A DNA stretch of 64,000 nucleotides from a virus, in the IMG/VR virus record IMGVR_UViG_3300022745_000030, positions 5,334 to 69,333 of that record; one strand, written 5' to 3'. The translations under genes and the position numbers were made by a program. The notes under the pieces were generated by a model. The model had not been told where the DNA came from. It did not search any database and saw only the letters and a list, made by a program, of their open reading frames with translations. Positions 48,347-57,187 of the stretch are shown here, piece by piece; the stretch's first letter is position 1; each line of letters begins with the position of its first letter.

Positions 48347-48996
48347 TTCATTGCCTCTACTATTTCTTTGAGTCGCTTGCCGCTGCCTGCTCGGGTGGGC
48401 CAAGTTCCCTGGGTACTTTCTTTCCCCAGCCACTCCATCCCGCCCGAGATAACACCGACTACTTTGCCCTTCACCAGCATCGGACCACCCGACTGCCCTG
48501 GCAGAGCCACGCCATCAGTATACACATATCCGTCTTTGAGCAAAGAGAGAAATCCGATACTTTCTGTCGCTGATTCCCTGCCACCGGCAAATCCTAGCCA
48601 TTTGCAGGGCACCCTGGGCGGCGCATAATCGGGTCCGCCTTCGCCTACCCATTCATCAGGAGCCCCGATCTCCAGCACCGGGATATCGACTTCCGGGGTC
48701 TGAACGATCGCTAGATCGCTGGCAGCTTCTACTGCGACACAGGTACCCTGAATCGAGTCGCCCGAGGGCAGAATGATCGTGTAGGAGTTCCCGGAATAGA
48801 TTTGCTGCTTACTTTCCCGGTACTGTACTACGTGGGCTGCGGTACCAAAGAATGTTTTGCCGGGTATCGTCTTCACAGCAAAACAGGTACCAGATGCGTT
48901 GTCGGGAGTTCTAATCCTTGCGATCGAATCCCGTTCCCCGGCTGCCGCAACACTCGACAGCAAAACCAATACTAGACACCATACTTTCGTTGCCAT
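48343..48996 (-). CDS. Exported trypsin-like serine protease
   Basis: Signal peptide; TAAHV, SDLAI and GQSGGP catalytic motifs. Confidence 0.9.
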   Translation of the reverse strand: MATKVWCLVLVLLSSVAAAGERDSIARIRTPDNASGTCFAVKTIPGKTFFGTAAHVVQYRESKQQIYSGNSYTIILPSGDSIQGTCVAVEAASDLAIVQTPEVDIPVLEIGAPDEWVGEGGPDYAPPRVPCKWLGFAGGRESATESIGFLSLLKDGYVYTDGVALPGQSGGPMLVKGKVVGVISGGMEWLGKESTQGTWPTRAGSGKRLKEIVEAMK

Positions 48997-49193
48997 TCTA
49001 CACCATTCTTTCTTCGGACCCTCGCTGAGTGTACCGAAAATGCTAAAGACTCTTCTTTTTCAATCGCGCGAATCATCAAAATCTCAATCACCTCTCCGTA
49101 GTCCCAGCCGTTTGCCCGGCACATGGCTGCGAAGTCCTCGACCACCGCTGTCTGGATATCAGAAATCTTTAGCGAACAGCGTTTAGTCGGCAT
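48972..49193 (-). CDS. Small hypothetical protein (possibly ribbon-helix-helix)
   Basis: 73-aa ORF coupled between helicase and protease. Confidence 0.45.
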   Translation of the reverse strand: MPTKRCSLKISDIQTAVVEDFAAMCRANGWDYGEVIEILMIRAIEKEESLAFSVHSARVRRKNGVEWQRKYGV

Positions 49194-51549
49194 AGGTCTC
49201 TTTCAGCATGTCCCAGATAGGTAGGCTCTTGGTCACCTGTCCGTCGATGACTTGATCCTGGATAGCCTGTTTCTTTTGGATGGCTTCGCAGAGGCGTTCC
49301 TCGATCGTACCCTTAGCCACAAGGAAGTAGATTTCTACTTCCTTGTCCTGGCCGATGCGGTGGTTGCGGTCCTGCCCCTGGGATACCTTGGTTGGGTTCC
49401 AAGGTAGCTCGCACCAGATCGTTGTAGTGGCTGCGGTCAGCGTGATACCCGAGTTACCCGATACGATGTTGCAGACGATGACTTGGCACTCGGGGTCTTT
49501 TTGGAATCGTTCGATAGCCTCTTGCCGTTTCTTAGCGTTCACGCTCCCGTTAATCAGTACCGATCGCTGAGGATCGATTCTTCGCATTAGGACATCGGCA
49601 AAAGCGATATGGGTGCAGAAGATAATGATCTTCTTTTCCGGGTGTGTTTTTCGGTAGTTCAGAATCCACTCAACGGTTGCCCTAGCCTTTAGCCGGGCGG
49701 ATAGTCCTAGGGTGACCGACACCTTGGTCAGCGCTGCGGCTTTGAGTTCTTTCTTGATCTTGCCTTTGGCAAACCGGGATTCTTTCACCCAGTTCTTGAG
49801 ATCGGTTTCTGCCTTGTCGTACTCTTCCCGATTGTCGATCTCTAGCGGAACCACAGTTGTAGTGCGTTCCGGGAGCCCGAGAATTTCTTTCTTGCGGCGA
49901 ATGGTAAACGGTTTGATTCTCTGGTGTAGTTCATCTAGGTTGCTAGCGCCCGAGTAGTCCACGCCCCAGGGCGTCCTGCGCGGAGCACAGTACCGGGCAC
50001 CGTATGCCGTGAAACTCGGGAACATCGCGGGCTTAATCATGTGCAGCGTCGGGTAGAAGTCCTCGGGGCGGTTCCCGATAGGAGTTCCCGACATACAGAT
50101 ACACTGCTTCGCGCGACGAGATAGCGAGATCGCGGCTTTGGTTACCTTGGCTGCCCGGTTGCTCAGATTCTGCGACTCGTCGCAGATGAAGATTTCGTAG
50201 AACCAGCTACCAATTGCTGGGGCTTGGTGGTGCAGAATCGGGTAGTTGACTACCACTAGCTGGGTATCTGGTTCGATCTCGTTAGGCGTCTCGCCTTCGA
50301 GCACCTGCACCTTGATGCCGGGTGCCCACATTTCAGCCTCGATACGCCAGTTATGCTTCACCGAGGTAGGACATACTACTATCGCAGGCCACACCTTGTC
50401 TGTGTGCAAGTATGACAGAATGCTGCCAGTATTGTGCGTTAGAATGTACCCACGTGTGACATACAAGCTGTCTGGCGCGTCTACCTTTATACATACGCAC
50501 TCTTCGAATTCGCCAGTAGGTTCTACACTGGCGATTCTGCGGAATACCGCTTTCCTGCATTTTGTTGGACTGAACCTGGAAGCCTTCCGGGGAACGCTAA
50601 ATGGGTTTTCCCAGTCTAGCAGTCGGATGCAGACCTGAAACTCTGTGGGTTTTCCGTGGGCTTCTCGGTTATACTCGCGGATACCGGCTGATCCTCCTAT
50701 GCTTAATACTAGCTCGCTCACGTCGTGCGCTAATCTACGGCTAGTCGTATGATACGTTACTTTATTCCCTGTCTTAGATATAGACCCGTCGCAGTCCATT
50801 AGTCCTTGCAGAAGTGCTTTCCTGTCGGCTACAGAGGCTCTCTTATATTCCTCTGGTATAAACTTGCCGCCTGACAGCACATTCAAGCCTAGGCTATCAA
50901 TAATACGGCGATACGGCTGCGACGTTAATCCTGTGGCGACGCACCCGATCTTTTGCCTGCTTTTTGTTATGCTCACGCCTTCCGCTTGCAACCGAGATAA
51001 AACATGCGGAGAGTCTTCGTTATGCGATGTGATAACTATACACCCTTTATGCAGACTGCCGTTTGCGATTAGGCATCCCATTGTGTATGGGCCTATTTCG
51101 AGAGTACTTGCTACCGAGAACTCGACCGGACTTAATGCCGGTAGCAGAACAGAACGATAGCTATCGCATCCTGACACCAATTGCTTCGCAACATCTGCTG
51201 TAGTGCATGTTCTCCAAACCCTATCCCCCTTGCGTGTAGCTCGGTTGGATATTGTCCACAGATGGGTGTTGGTGCATCTGGTGTATTGTCCAGTCTGCGT
51301 TTCCACTTTGTAAATGGGCTTTATGCCTTGGGGATATACCCCAAGCACCTTTGTCGGTTTGCCGTTGGAGCCAATAACGTAGTCCCCCACCTGTAGTGAG
51401 CCTATCGGCTTCCAACCATCAGGCGTGAGAGCAGGCTCCGACACTGGCTGGTCTTTACCTAAGCCTTGGTCGTCTGCTACAAGTGCAGTTCCATTCACGT
51501 CATGAAGGAACTGCACTGCTTCCTCTTGGTGTGGGTACAGCGTGTACAT
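49183..51549 (-). CDS. SNF2-family helicase containing an intein
   Basis: ADDQGLGK|T, DESQ, SGTP, IIIFC and QGQDRNHRIGQ motifs. Confidence 0.92.
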   Translation of the reverse strand: MYTLYPHQEEAVQFLHDVNGTALVADDQGLGKDQPVSEPALTPDGWKPIGSLQVGDYVIGSNGKPTKVLGVYPQGIKPIYKVETQTGQYTRCTNTHLWTISNRATRKGDRVWRTCTTADVAKQLVSGCDSYRSVLLPALSPVEFSVASTLEIGPYTMGCLIANGSLHKGCIVITSHNEDSPHVLSRLQAEGVSITKSRQKIGCVATGLTSQPYRRIIDSLGLNVLSGGKFIPEEYKRASVADRKALLQGLMDCDGSISKTGNKVTYHTTSRRLAHDVSELVLSIGGSAGIREYNREAHGKPTEFQVCIRLLDWENPFSVPRKASRFSPTKCRKAVFRRIASVEPTGEFEECVCIKVDAPDSLYVTRGYILTHNTGSILSYLHTDKVWPAIVVCPTSVKHNWRIEAEMWAPGIKVQVLEGETPNEIEPDTQLVVVNYPILHHQAPAIGSWFYEIFICDESQNLSNRAAKVTKAAISLSRRAKQCICMSGTPIGNRPEDFYPTLHMIKPAMFPSFTAYGARYCAPRRTPWGVDYSGASNLDELHQRIKPFTIRRKKEILGLPERTTTVVPLEIDNREEYDKAETDLKNWVKESRFAKGKIKKELKAAALTKVSVTLGLSARLKARATVEWILNYRKTHPEKKIIIFCTHIAFADVLMRRIDPQRSVLINGSVNAKKRQEAIERFQKDPECQVIVCNIVSGNSGITLTAATTTIWCELPWNPTKVSQGQDRNHRIGQDKEVEIYFLVAKGTIEERLCEAIQKKQAIQDQVIDGQVTKSLPIWDMLKETYAD
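50431..51453 (-). mobile_element. Class 3 intein with LAGLIDADG homing endonuclease (341 aa)
   Basis: Interrupts Walker A (GLGK|T); starts DQPV...LTPDGW, block B THLW, LQGLMDCDG, block F CVCIKV, ends LTHN before Thr. Confidence 0.9.
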
Positions 51550-51956
51550 TAGAGGCTTTCGTCACAGACTTCGACTTGGTCCCACTGGGTTTCCGAATTG
51601 TAATCGACTTCTCCGTCCGTGTCTATTTCTGCGATTTGAAATGCGTTTTGGTAAATCGCTACAATTGCTCCAACGCCTCGGAAAAGATCATTCACCGACA
51701 GCACCCATTCTGTGTTGTGGGTATCCCGGTATCGGATTGTACGCGGCTGTCCCAGGTCTTCCAGCCGGGGCTTCCGCCACTTGGTCTTTTGCAGGATGGC
51801 GGCAATGAACGTGACTTTTCCTGAGTACTTTGTAGGCTTACCATGCTCGTTGATAAACCACTCACCCGGCTTCACCCATCCGATCCGGGTAATTTCATAC
51901 CCGTTGATCGAGATACCCTCTTCCAATGGAATTTTGTCTACTGATGTTTCCGACAT
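51549..51956 (-). CDS. Hypothetical protein (paralogous family)
   Basis: YEITRIGWVKPGEWF and WRKPRLEDL motifs. Confidence 0.65.
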   Translation of the reverse strand: MSETSVDKIPLEEGISINGYEITRIGWVKPGEWFINEHGKPTKYSGKVTFIAAILQKTKWRKPRLEDLGQPRTIRYRDTHNTEWVLSVNDLFRGVGAIVAIYQNAFQIAEIDTDGEVDYNSETQWDQVEVCDESL

Positions 51957-51957
51957 T

Positions 51958-52335
51958 TCATTCTCCAACGTAAAATTCACAACGCTTAAACCACATACCA
52001 GTGTCCCCGTCTTTCCACTTATGGGTAAGGCTGGGGACGTATTCAACTACGGTTCCGTAAACCCAGGGCTCGTTGTACTTGTCCCGGAATCTTGCCGCTA
52101 TCGGCAACCGGGCAGCCTCCGCATGGGTAGCCTGTCTCCAGCCTTTCGGGTTGTAGAGCACAGGCACTGGTCCTGGGAATTCTTCCTTGCCAAAGGCGAC
52201 CCGTACCGTGGTGCCATTGCTGTCCAGGTACTGTTCCCCCATCTCCGGGAAGCCGATACGAACAAGTTCGTAAGGCTCTGGGATGCCGGGGACCTTGGCA
52301 AAGGTCATAAAGTACGGCGAAGACATTATACGCAC
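51958..52335 (-). CDS. Hypothetical protein (paralogous family)
   Basis: YELVRIGFPEMGEQY, WRQAT...ARFRD...W...WFKRCE motifs. Confidence 0.65.
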   Translation of the reverse strand: MRIMSSPYFMTFAKVPGIPEPYELVRIGFPEMGEQYLDSNGTTVRVAFGKEEFPGPVPVLYNPKGWRQATHAEAARLPIAARFRDKYNEPWVYGTVVEYVPSLTHKWKDGDTGMWFKRCEFYVGE

Positions 52336-52802
52336 GCCTCTTCGATGAAAACGGAAGTCTTTGGTTCTTTTCGGTAGACAAAGTCTACGGCTTCCCGGAC
52401 TTTGGATGGGGCGAGTTTAGCGATCTCAGCCCGGAGCGCCTTCGTTCGCAGGCGTTCGTTGCAGGCGTTTTCCGCCAGACGCAGGCACTCAGCGTAGCCT
52501 TCTGGCATGGTTTCGGGCTCGGGTGCTGCTACCTCGATTCGGCGACCAGTGAGAGCCTTTGGGGTGCGTTTCAGCCGTTGCTGATACTTCTTTGGGAGCC
52601 TGGAAATGATGACCCAGGAGAAAAAGGTTGACGGTTTGCCGCGTTCTGGGTTATACTTATGTTTGGATTTGAGCCACTCCACGATGCAATCTTGGATTAC
52701 GTCGTCGAACTCCTGGTGGTAGGTATGGGCTAGTTGTGTAGCCAAACCGTGGAAAAATCGATAGAGTCCATCACAATCATCAGCGGTGTACGGGGATGCC
52801 AT
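52326..52802 (-). CDS. RNA polymerase sigma-factor-like protein (region 2)
   Basis: FDDVIQD...KYNPERGKPSTFFSWVI; likely start MASPY at 52802. Confidence 0.75.
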   Translation of the reverse strand: MASPYTADDCDGLYRFFHGLATQLAHTYHQEFDDVIQDCIVEWLKSKHKYNPERGKPSTFFSWVIISRLPKKYQQRLKRTPKALTGRRIEVAAPEPETMPEGYAECLRLAENACNERLRTKALRAEIAKLAPSKVREAVDFVYRKEPKTSVFIEEACV

Positions 52803-52916
52803 TTTATGGTTCCTAGGGATTGGGGTCGAAAACCGAATGAGCACAAGATTGTACGGATGATCGATCGTTCTGCAAGCAGTTTGGGCATCTATTTTGGAAA
52901 ATCTAGGAAATAATTT

Positions 52917-53666
52917 ATGAAGCCGTTGAAGGTAGGAATCATCCCGGATACCCATGTCCCGAACCACGACGAAGAGGCTCTTGCCTGTGCCGTCAAAATC
53001 CTGGGCTGGTACAAACCGGATAAAATTGTGTTCCTCGGCGATTTCTTAGATTATGATCCACTTTCAAGACATAACCGCGACTCGATCGCTCACCGGGCAT
53101 CGGTCTCAATGGAGAAAGAATTCGAAGCCGGTAACCGGGCTTTTGATCGAATCACCAAGCATTGCCAGGACGTGGTTTACATCAAAGGGAACCACGAAGA
53201 TCGCGCCGGGCCATATGTTGACCAGCACCCGGAAGTCCGGGGTCTGGTGGAAGTGGAACGAGGGCTAGAGTTCTCGGCCCGGAGAAAAGACGGCTACTCG
53301 ATCCGGGTGCTGGAGTACAACGAAGTCTACCGTACCGGGCACCTGCACTATACCCACGGCTGGTATACCAATCAGCACCACGCCCAGAAGCACCTGCAAT
53401 CGTTCCAGGTATCTATCGTTTACGGGCACATACACGACTACCAAGTAGCCACGTATGTTAGCCCGATCAGCGCCAGTCGTAAGCATACGGCTACCTGTCT
53501 TGGATGCCTCTGCACCTTGGCTCCCGACTACATGCGAAATGCCCCGAACAAGTGGGTTCACTGTGTGGGGCTTGCCCATATCCGGGAAGACGGGGATTTC
53601 GGCCTAGACCCGGTAATCATCTGCGGCGGAAAGGCAAGTTACGCCGGAAAAGTGTTCTCGGCATGA
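52917..53666 (+). CDS. Calcineurin-like metallophosphoesterase
   Basis: PDTH, GDFLD, GNHE, THG and GHIH motifs. Confidence 0.9.
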   Translation: MKPLKVGIIPDTHVPNHDEEALACAVKILGWYKPDKIVFLGDFLDYDPLSRHNRDSIAHRASVSMEKEFEAGNRAFDRITKHCQDVVYIKGNHEDRAGPYVDQHPEVRGLVEVERGLEFSARRKDGYSIRVLEYNEVYRTGHLHYTHGWYTNQHHAQKHLQSFQVSIVYGHIHDYQVATYVSPISASRKHTATCLGCLCTLAPDYMRNAPNKWVHCVGLAHIREDGDFGLDPVIICGGKASYAGKVFSA

Positions 53667-53974
53667 AACCAGTACACCAGCTAGCCAATTTGTTGCGGAA
53701 GCGGGTGCAGGCGAACAGATTTTCGGTTCGCCTTACCTGGGTGGCCGGGAACGCGGCTGCCCTAACATATTTCGACCACAAACGAGGTTTGTTTGTGATC
53801 GAAATCGAGAAGAGTTTGCCCGACTACGCACAGCCGTTCTACTTGATCCATGAAATGGGTCACGTAGTATCCTGGGACATGGAACACCCAGAAACCGGCA
53901 AAGAGCACGGTCCAGCATTCTGGCGGGCTATGGAGTCCCTATACCCGATCTACGAGTCGTTCTGCGAAAGCTGA
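53663..53974 (+). CDS. Small zincin metallopeptidase-like protein
   Basis: LIHEMGH and HGPAFW motifs; ATG overlaps the upstream stop. Confidence 0.75.
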   Translation: MKPVHQLANLLRKRVQANRFSVRLTWVAGNAAALTYFDHKRGLFVIEIEKSLPDYAQPFYLIHEMGHVVSWDMEHPETGKEHGPAFWRAMESLYPIYESFCES

Positions 53975-54052
53975 GTTGAACTAGCTGTCTGAGTCGATTC
54001 CGCTTCTCACGATCTCTGTTTCGTGTTTAAGTACGTTGCCATGCGAGTCGGT

Positions 54053-54211
54053 TTATACCAGTGGCAAGAATCGCCTATCCGATGGACGCACCCAGTAGCC
54101 ACAAAACAGACAGTCGTTGCCCGATGGGCTGTGTCTGTCTCTGGTAGTCTCCCACCATTCGCCTTTGCATTCATCGCATGCAAAAAATCGCCAGCCTGCT
54201 TTACTTTCCAT
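54053..54211 (-). CDS. Small zinc-ribbon protein (52 aa, below the ORF-track cutoff)
   Basis: Hand translation: MESKAGWRFFACDEC...DCLFCG. Confidence 0.5.
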   Translation of the reverse strand: MESKAGWRFFACDECKGEWWETTRDRHSPSGNDCLFCGYWVRPSDRRFLPLV

Positions 54212-54221
54212 TGTTTTCCCC

Positions 54222-54491
54222 TTACTTCCTGACTCCCGAGAATGTGGGTTGTAGGTCCATGTAAACTTCTACATCAGCCAAGGCGTCTCCGTCTTCGCTG
54301 GAGTAGAGTCGAATAACCAAAGGCCAAGTACACTCATAGCCCTGACCATTCGACCAATAATGCTCAGCGCACTGCTCGGCAATATCGATCTGCTCGCGAG
54401 GGCGAGTAATATCCACTTGCCCGGAAAGTTTCATTCGAACACGGCTGTCTGGGCATACTTCTGGTACTGCGTACCACACTTCCTTACTCAT
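54222..54491 (-). CDS. Hypothetical phage protein
   Basis: AEQCAEHYW...WPL...VYMDLQPTF pattern. Confidence 0.7.
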   Translation of the reverse strand: MSKEVWYAVPEVCPDSRVRMKLSGQVDITRPREQIDIAEQCAEHYWSNGQGYECTWPLVIRLYSSEDGDALADVEVYMDLQPTFSGVRK

Positions 54492-54709
54492 TCCCCCACC
54501 TCTCGCCCGTAAGCACTCACAAACTCTTTCCAGCCAAGCAACTCGATCACTTTTCGCGTTTCGTGTTGCGAACGAAGTCCGTCAACGACGTACCATCGTT
54601 TTTCACCGCTCAGTCGAACGAATATATTTGCAGGTCCGTTTGTGTGCTGGCCCGTCGTCTGCTCTGGATGGTAATAATTAGATGTTTTTAGTTCGTACTG
54701 CTGGTTCAT
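54488..54709 (-). CDS. Hypothetical protein
   Basis: Coupled ORF in a chain of small genes. Confidence 0.6.
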   Translation of the reverse strand: MNQQYELKTSNYYHPEQTTGQHTNGPANIFVRLSGEKRWYVVDGLRSQHETRKVIELLGWKEFVSAYGREVGE

Positions 54710-54948
54710 TAGTACACCTCGACAAACTCATCCCCAAGAACGGCACCAAACGAAGCGTGAGGCCAAGCGTCCCATTTGACCCAATGCCCTTCATGGTCGT
54801 TGTATCCAGTAACTTCACCAAAGCCACCCTTCTCGGCGTATATGCAAGCTGGACTATCTTCTGTCGCATCACCGTACAGGCTTTTCACGAATCGAATTCG
54901 AGTGCCGATGGGCAGTAAGACCCATGAGCTTTTTATTTCCGTTTTCAT
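54709..54948 (-). CDS. Hypothetical protein (SH3-like)
   Basis: PIGTRIRF...GEVTG pattern; coupled ORF. Confidence 0.6.
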   Translation of the reverse strand: MKTEIKSSWVLLPIGTRIRFVKSLYGDATEDSPACIYAEKGGFGEVTGYNDHEGHWVKWDAWPHASFGAVLGDEFVEVY

Positions 54949-55157
54949 TCCCCCACCTCAAAGCTCCCCGTTTCAAGCCACGCCGACAAGTGGGCTACGA
55001 GTTCGCGGACTTGGGATTTGTTGCAAATCATCAATACGCTCTTAGCCCAAAAATAAACCGAATAATTTTTAGGCGAGTGGGTGATGCAGAAACGCTCACC
55101 CATTACGTCGTCAAACTCAAATCTTTCGATCCCTCGTTCGTCCTTTTCTATCTTCAT
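54945..55157 (-). CDS. Hypothetical protein
   Basis: QVRELVAHLSAWLETGSF motif; coupled ORF. Confidence 0.6.
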   Translation of the reverse strand: MKIEKDERGIERFEFDDVMGERFCITHSPKNYSVYFWAKSVLMICNKSQVRELVAHLSAWLETGSFEVGE

Positions 55158-55516
55158 CACTTCCCCCTCGGCCACTTGTTGCGGTCTATGCGGCAGTAGT
55201 TATACGGTTGATTCGTAGACCTCCATTTCATGCGATATGTTTGGACATAACCAATTAGCATCGCTTCAACCCATTCTTTCCCATCATCACTAAACTCGCA
55301 TTCCTTGCCTCCATCATCCGGCAGCACCGGCGTCTCCCATCGCGGTTGCGGAGGCCACTCGGTAACGCCTTCGGGCCAGTCGATGGGGACAGAGCATGCT
55401 TCGTTTTGTTTATAGCAAATTGCGTAACCAGAACCCAACTTGGTTATAGATTCAGCACTCGGCCACAACGCCTTCACATGCTCAAACACTTCTTGCGGGG
55501 TTAGCTTGTTGCTCAT
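55157..55516 (-). CDS. Hypothetical protein (paralogous family)
   Basis: KLTPQEVFEHVKALWPSA and DDGGKECEFSDDGKEW modules. Confidence 0.7.
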   Translation of the reverse strand: MSNKLTPQEVFEHVKALWPSAESITKLGSGYAICYKQNEACSVPIDWPEGVTEWPPQPRWETPVLPDDGGKECEFSDDGKEWVEAMLIGYVQTYRMKWRSTNQPYNYCRIDRNKWPRGK

Positions 55517-55528
55517 TCAGCACATCCT

Positions 55529-56236
55529 TCACTCGAAAAGCGTGTCTAAATCCAAAGTCTGCTCAATCCTGGAATCCCGGTCACAGAGAGCCTTGTACTG
55601 GGTTTTGAGTGTGGTGAACCATGTTCTGCCGTTCCACCACTCAAACCCGTCAAAGTCTGCTTTGTACTTGCAGGACTGATCGTACCCGAACATAGTATAC
55701 ACATACTTGATCGCTCGGCTACTCGCAATTTCGCATTCAATCGCCTGGGAAATGGCTCCCAGGTTGTATGGCTTCCGAACAGCAACATGCTGTAGGGATA
55801 CCATGTTGTGGCTTTCGGTCCATAGCAGGGTGTAGGCTACCGGGGTGTTCTCGTCGTTCGCCCGGATTACGATGCACTCATGTGCGAAATCCAGGATTTC
55901 GTCTACATCGAGGTAAGAGTTAAAATTGTGCTGGGAGATGAATTCTTCGTAGCGGTGTCGCACATGCTTGCGATCGACCTCTGCCACCGGTTTGACTTCG
56001 TAGGTGATCCCTGCCCGGTTCATGGCTTTCCGGGTGCTGCGACTTGGCTTGTGGGTAGCTGCGATTCGTACCGAACGCCCTTGGTACCACATATCGTTCT
56101 GCCAGGGGCACCAGCCCTCTTCTAGCAGATTGTGGACTAAGTCCATCGGCTCCCGAGTGCCACATACCTCGGTGAACATATAGTCGCGCTGGGACATTGC
56201 CCCGAAACCATGTACATGGTTAAAACGGATTTTCAT
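55529..56236 (-). CDS. Arginyl/leucyl-tRNA-protein transferase-like protein (ATE/Bpt fold)
   Basis: LLEEGW...SVRI, SRSTRK, YNLGAISQAIECEIA...KYVY...CKYKADF match the ATE N- and C-domain layout. Confidence 0.7.
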   Translation of the reverse strand: MKIRFNHVHGFGAMSQRDYMFTEVCGTREPMDLVHNLLEEGWCPWQNDMWYQGRSVRIAATHKPSRSTRKAMNRAGITYEVKPVAEVDRKHVRHRYEEFISQHNFNSYLDVDEILDFAHECIVIRANDENTPVAYTLLWTESHNMVSLQHVAVRKPYNLGAISQAIECEIASSRAIKYVYTMFGYDQSCKYKADFDGFEWWNGRTWFTTLKTQYKALCDRDSRIEQTLDLDTLFE

Positions 56237-56741
56237 CTGTATCGTCCTCGTCAGATTGGGGATTGATTTCCGGTAGAATTATCTCCGGGTAATTGACGGT
56301 GGGCACCTTGGTTGCCCGGACCCTGGCAAGCCTCTCGGCTTGGTTGATTCCTTGTATTGAGAACCGCTTGCAGGGCTTGGTTCCCTGAATTAGATCACCC
56401 CTGCCCCAAATAATCAATAGGGCTACCTTGTTCGGGCTCAAAAGAATCCATTCTTCCGATCCTTTGCCCAAACCCTTGGAATAGATGGCTTGACAGCCGG
56501 TGTGCTTCTCGACTTCCTTCACCCAAACGGGCTTAGGATGCACTACGGGGTCGGGCTTCCTGGGTTTCCGGTTGCCCAGGCACACGGTTTCTTTATTAGA
56601 GCACAGAACTCCCTGCACGTCTTGCCCGGTTACCCCGAGTTTCTTTGCGATGTCCTTAACAGAAAATCCCGCGCGATACAATTCTCGTACCTCGCGGGAT
56701 TTTTGCTGGTTTAGGGGTATGCGGCCTTTGAATGTTCCCAT
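56220..56741 (-). CDS. HTH-containing hypothetical protein
   Basis: ELYRAGFSVKDIAKKLGVT helix-turn-helix; likely start at 56741. Confidence 0.65.
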   Translation of the reverse strand: MGTFKGRIPLNQQKSREVRELYRAGFSVKDIAKKLGVTGQDVQGVLCSNKETVCLGNRKPRKPDPVVHPKPVWVKEVEKHTGCQAIYSKGLGKGSEEWILLSPNKVALLIIWGRGDLIQGTKPCKRFSIQGINQAERLARVRATKVPTVNYPEIILPEINPQSDEDDTDENPF

Positions 56742-57178
56742 CAGAGCACCACGAACAAGCGATCGGTAAGCGGGCTGTAGGATACGCCGCATCGCACAAA
56801 GTCCACCACATCCTCGGGTGTGAACCACCGCGATAGGTAGAAGAACGGGATATCCAGCATCAGCATGTTTCCCGGACTGATGGCCCAGTATGTTTTGCTG
56901 CTGGCGGTTGTCTCGGGCCAAGTGAGCCCTTCGTCTGTGCATCGCACCAAAGCCTCCACAGCGATGTCGCTTAGGACGGCGATCGCTACCAGTTCCCTTG
57001 TTGAAATATCCGGTAGCTTTTGCAATCCTTTGGATGTGATCCGTTCGATACGATCGCTCCGCATCCACTCGCCAGAATCGTGTTCGATCTTCTGGTAGTA
57101 ATCACGAACACGATCGGCGCGGACTTTTCTTCCAGCTTCCGTTGATAAATCTAATCCTGAATCAAATTCGTTTTGCAT
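56741..57178 (-). CDS. Hypothetical protein
   Basis: 145-aa ORF with GAGG RBS. Confidence 0.6.
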   Translation of the reverse strand: MQNEFDSGLDLSTEAGRKVRADRVRDYYQKIEHDSGEWMRSDRIERITSKGLQKLPDISTRELVAIAVLSDIAVEALVRCTDEGLTWPETTASSKTYWAISPGNMLMLDIPFFYLSRWFTPEDVVDFVRCGVSYSPLTDRLFVVL

Positions 57179-57187
57179 GGTTTCCTC

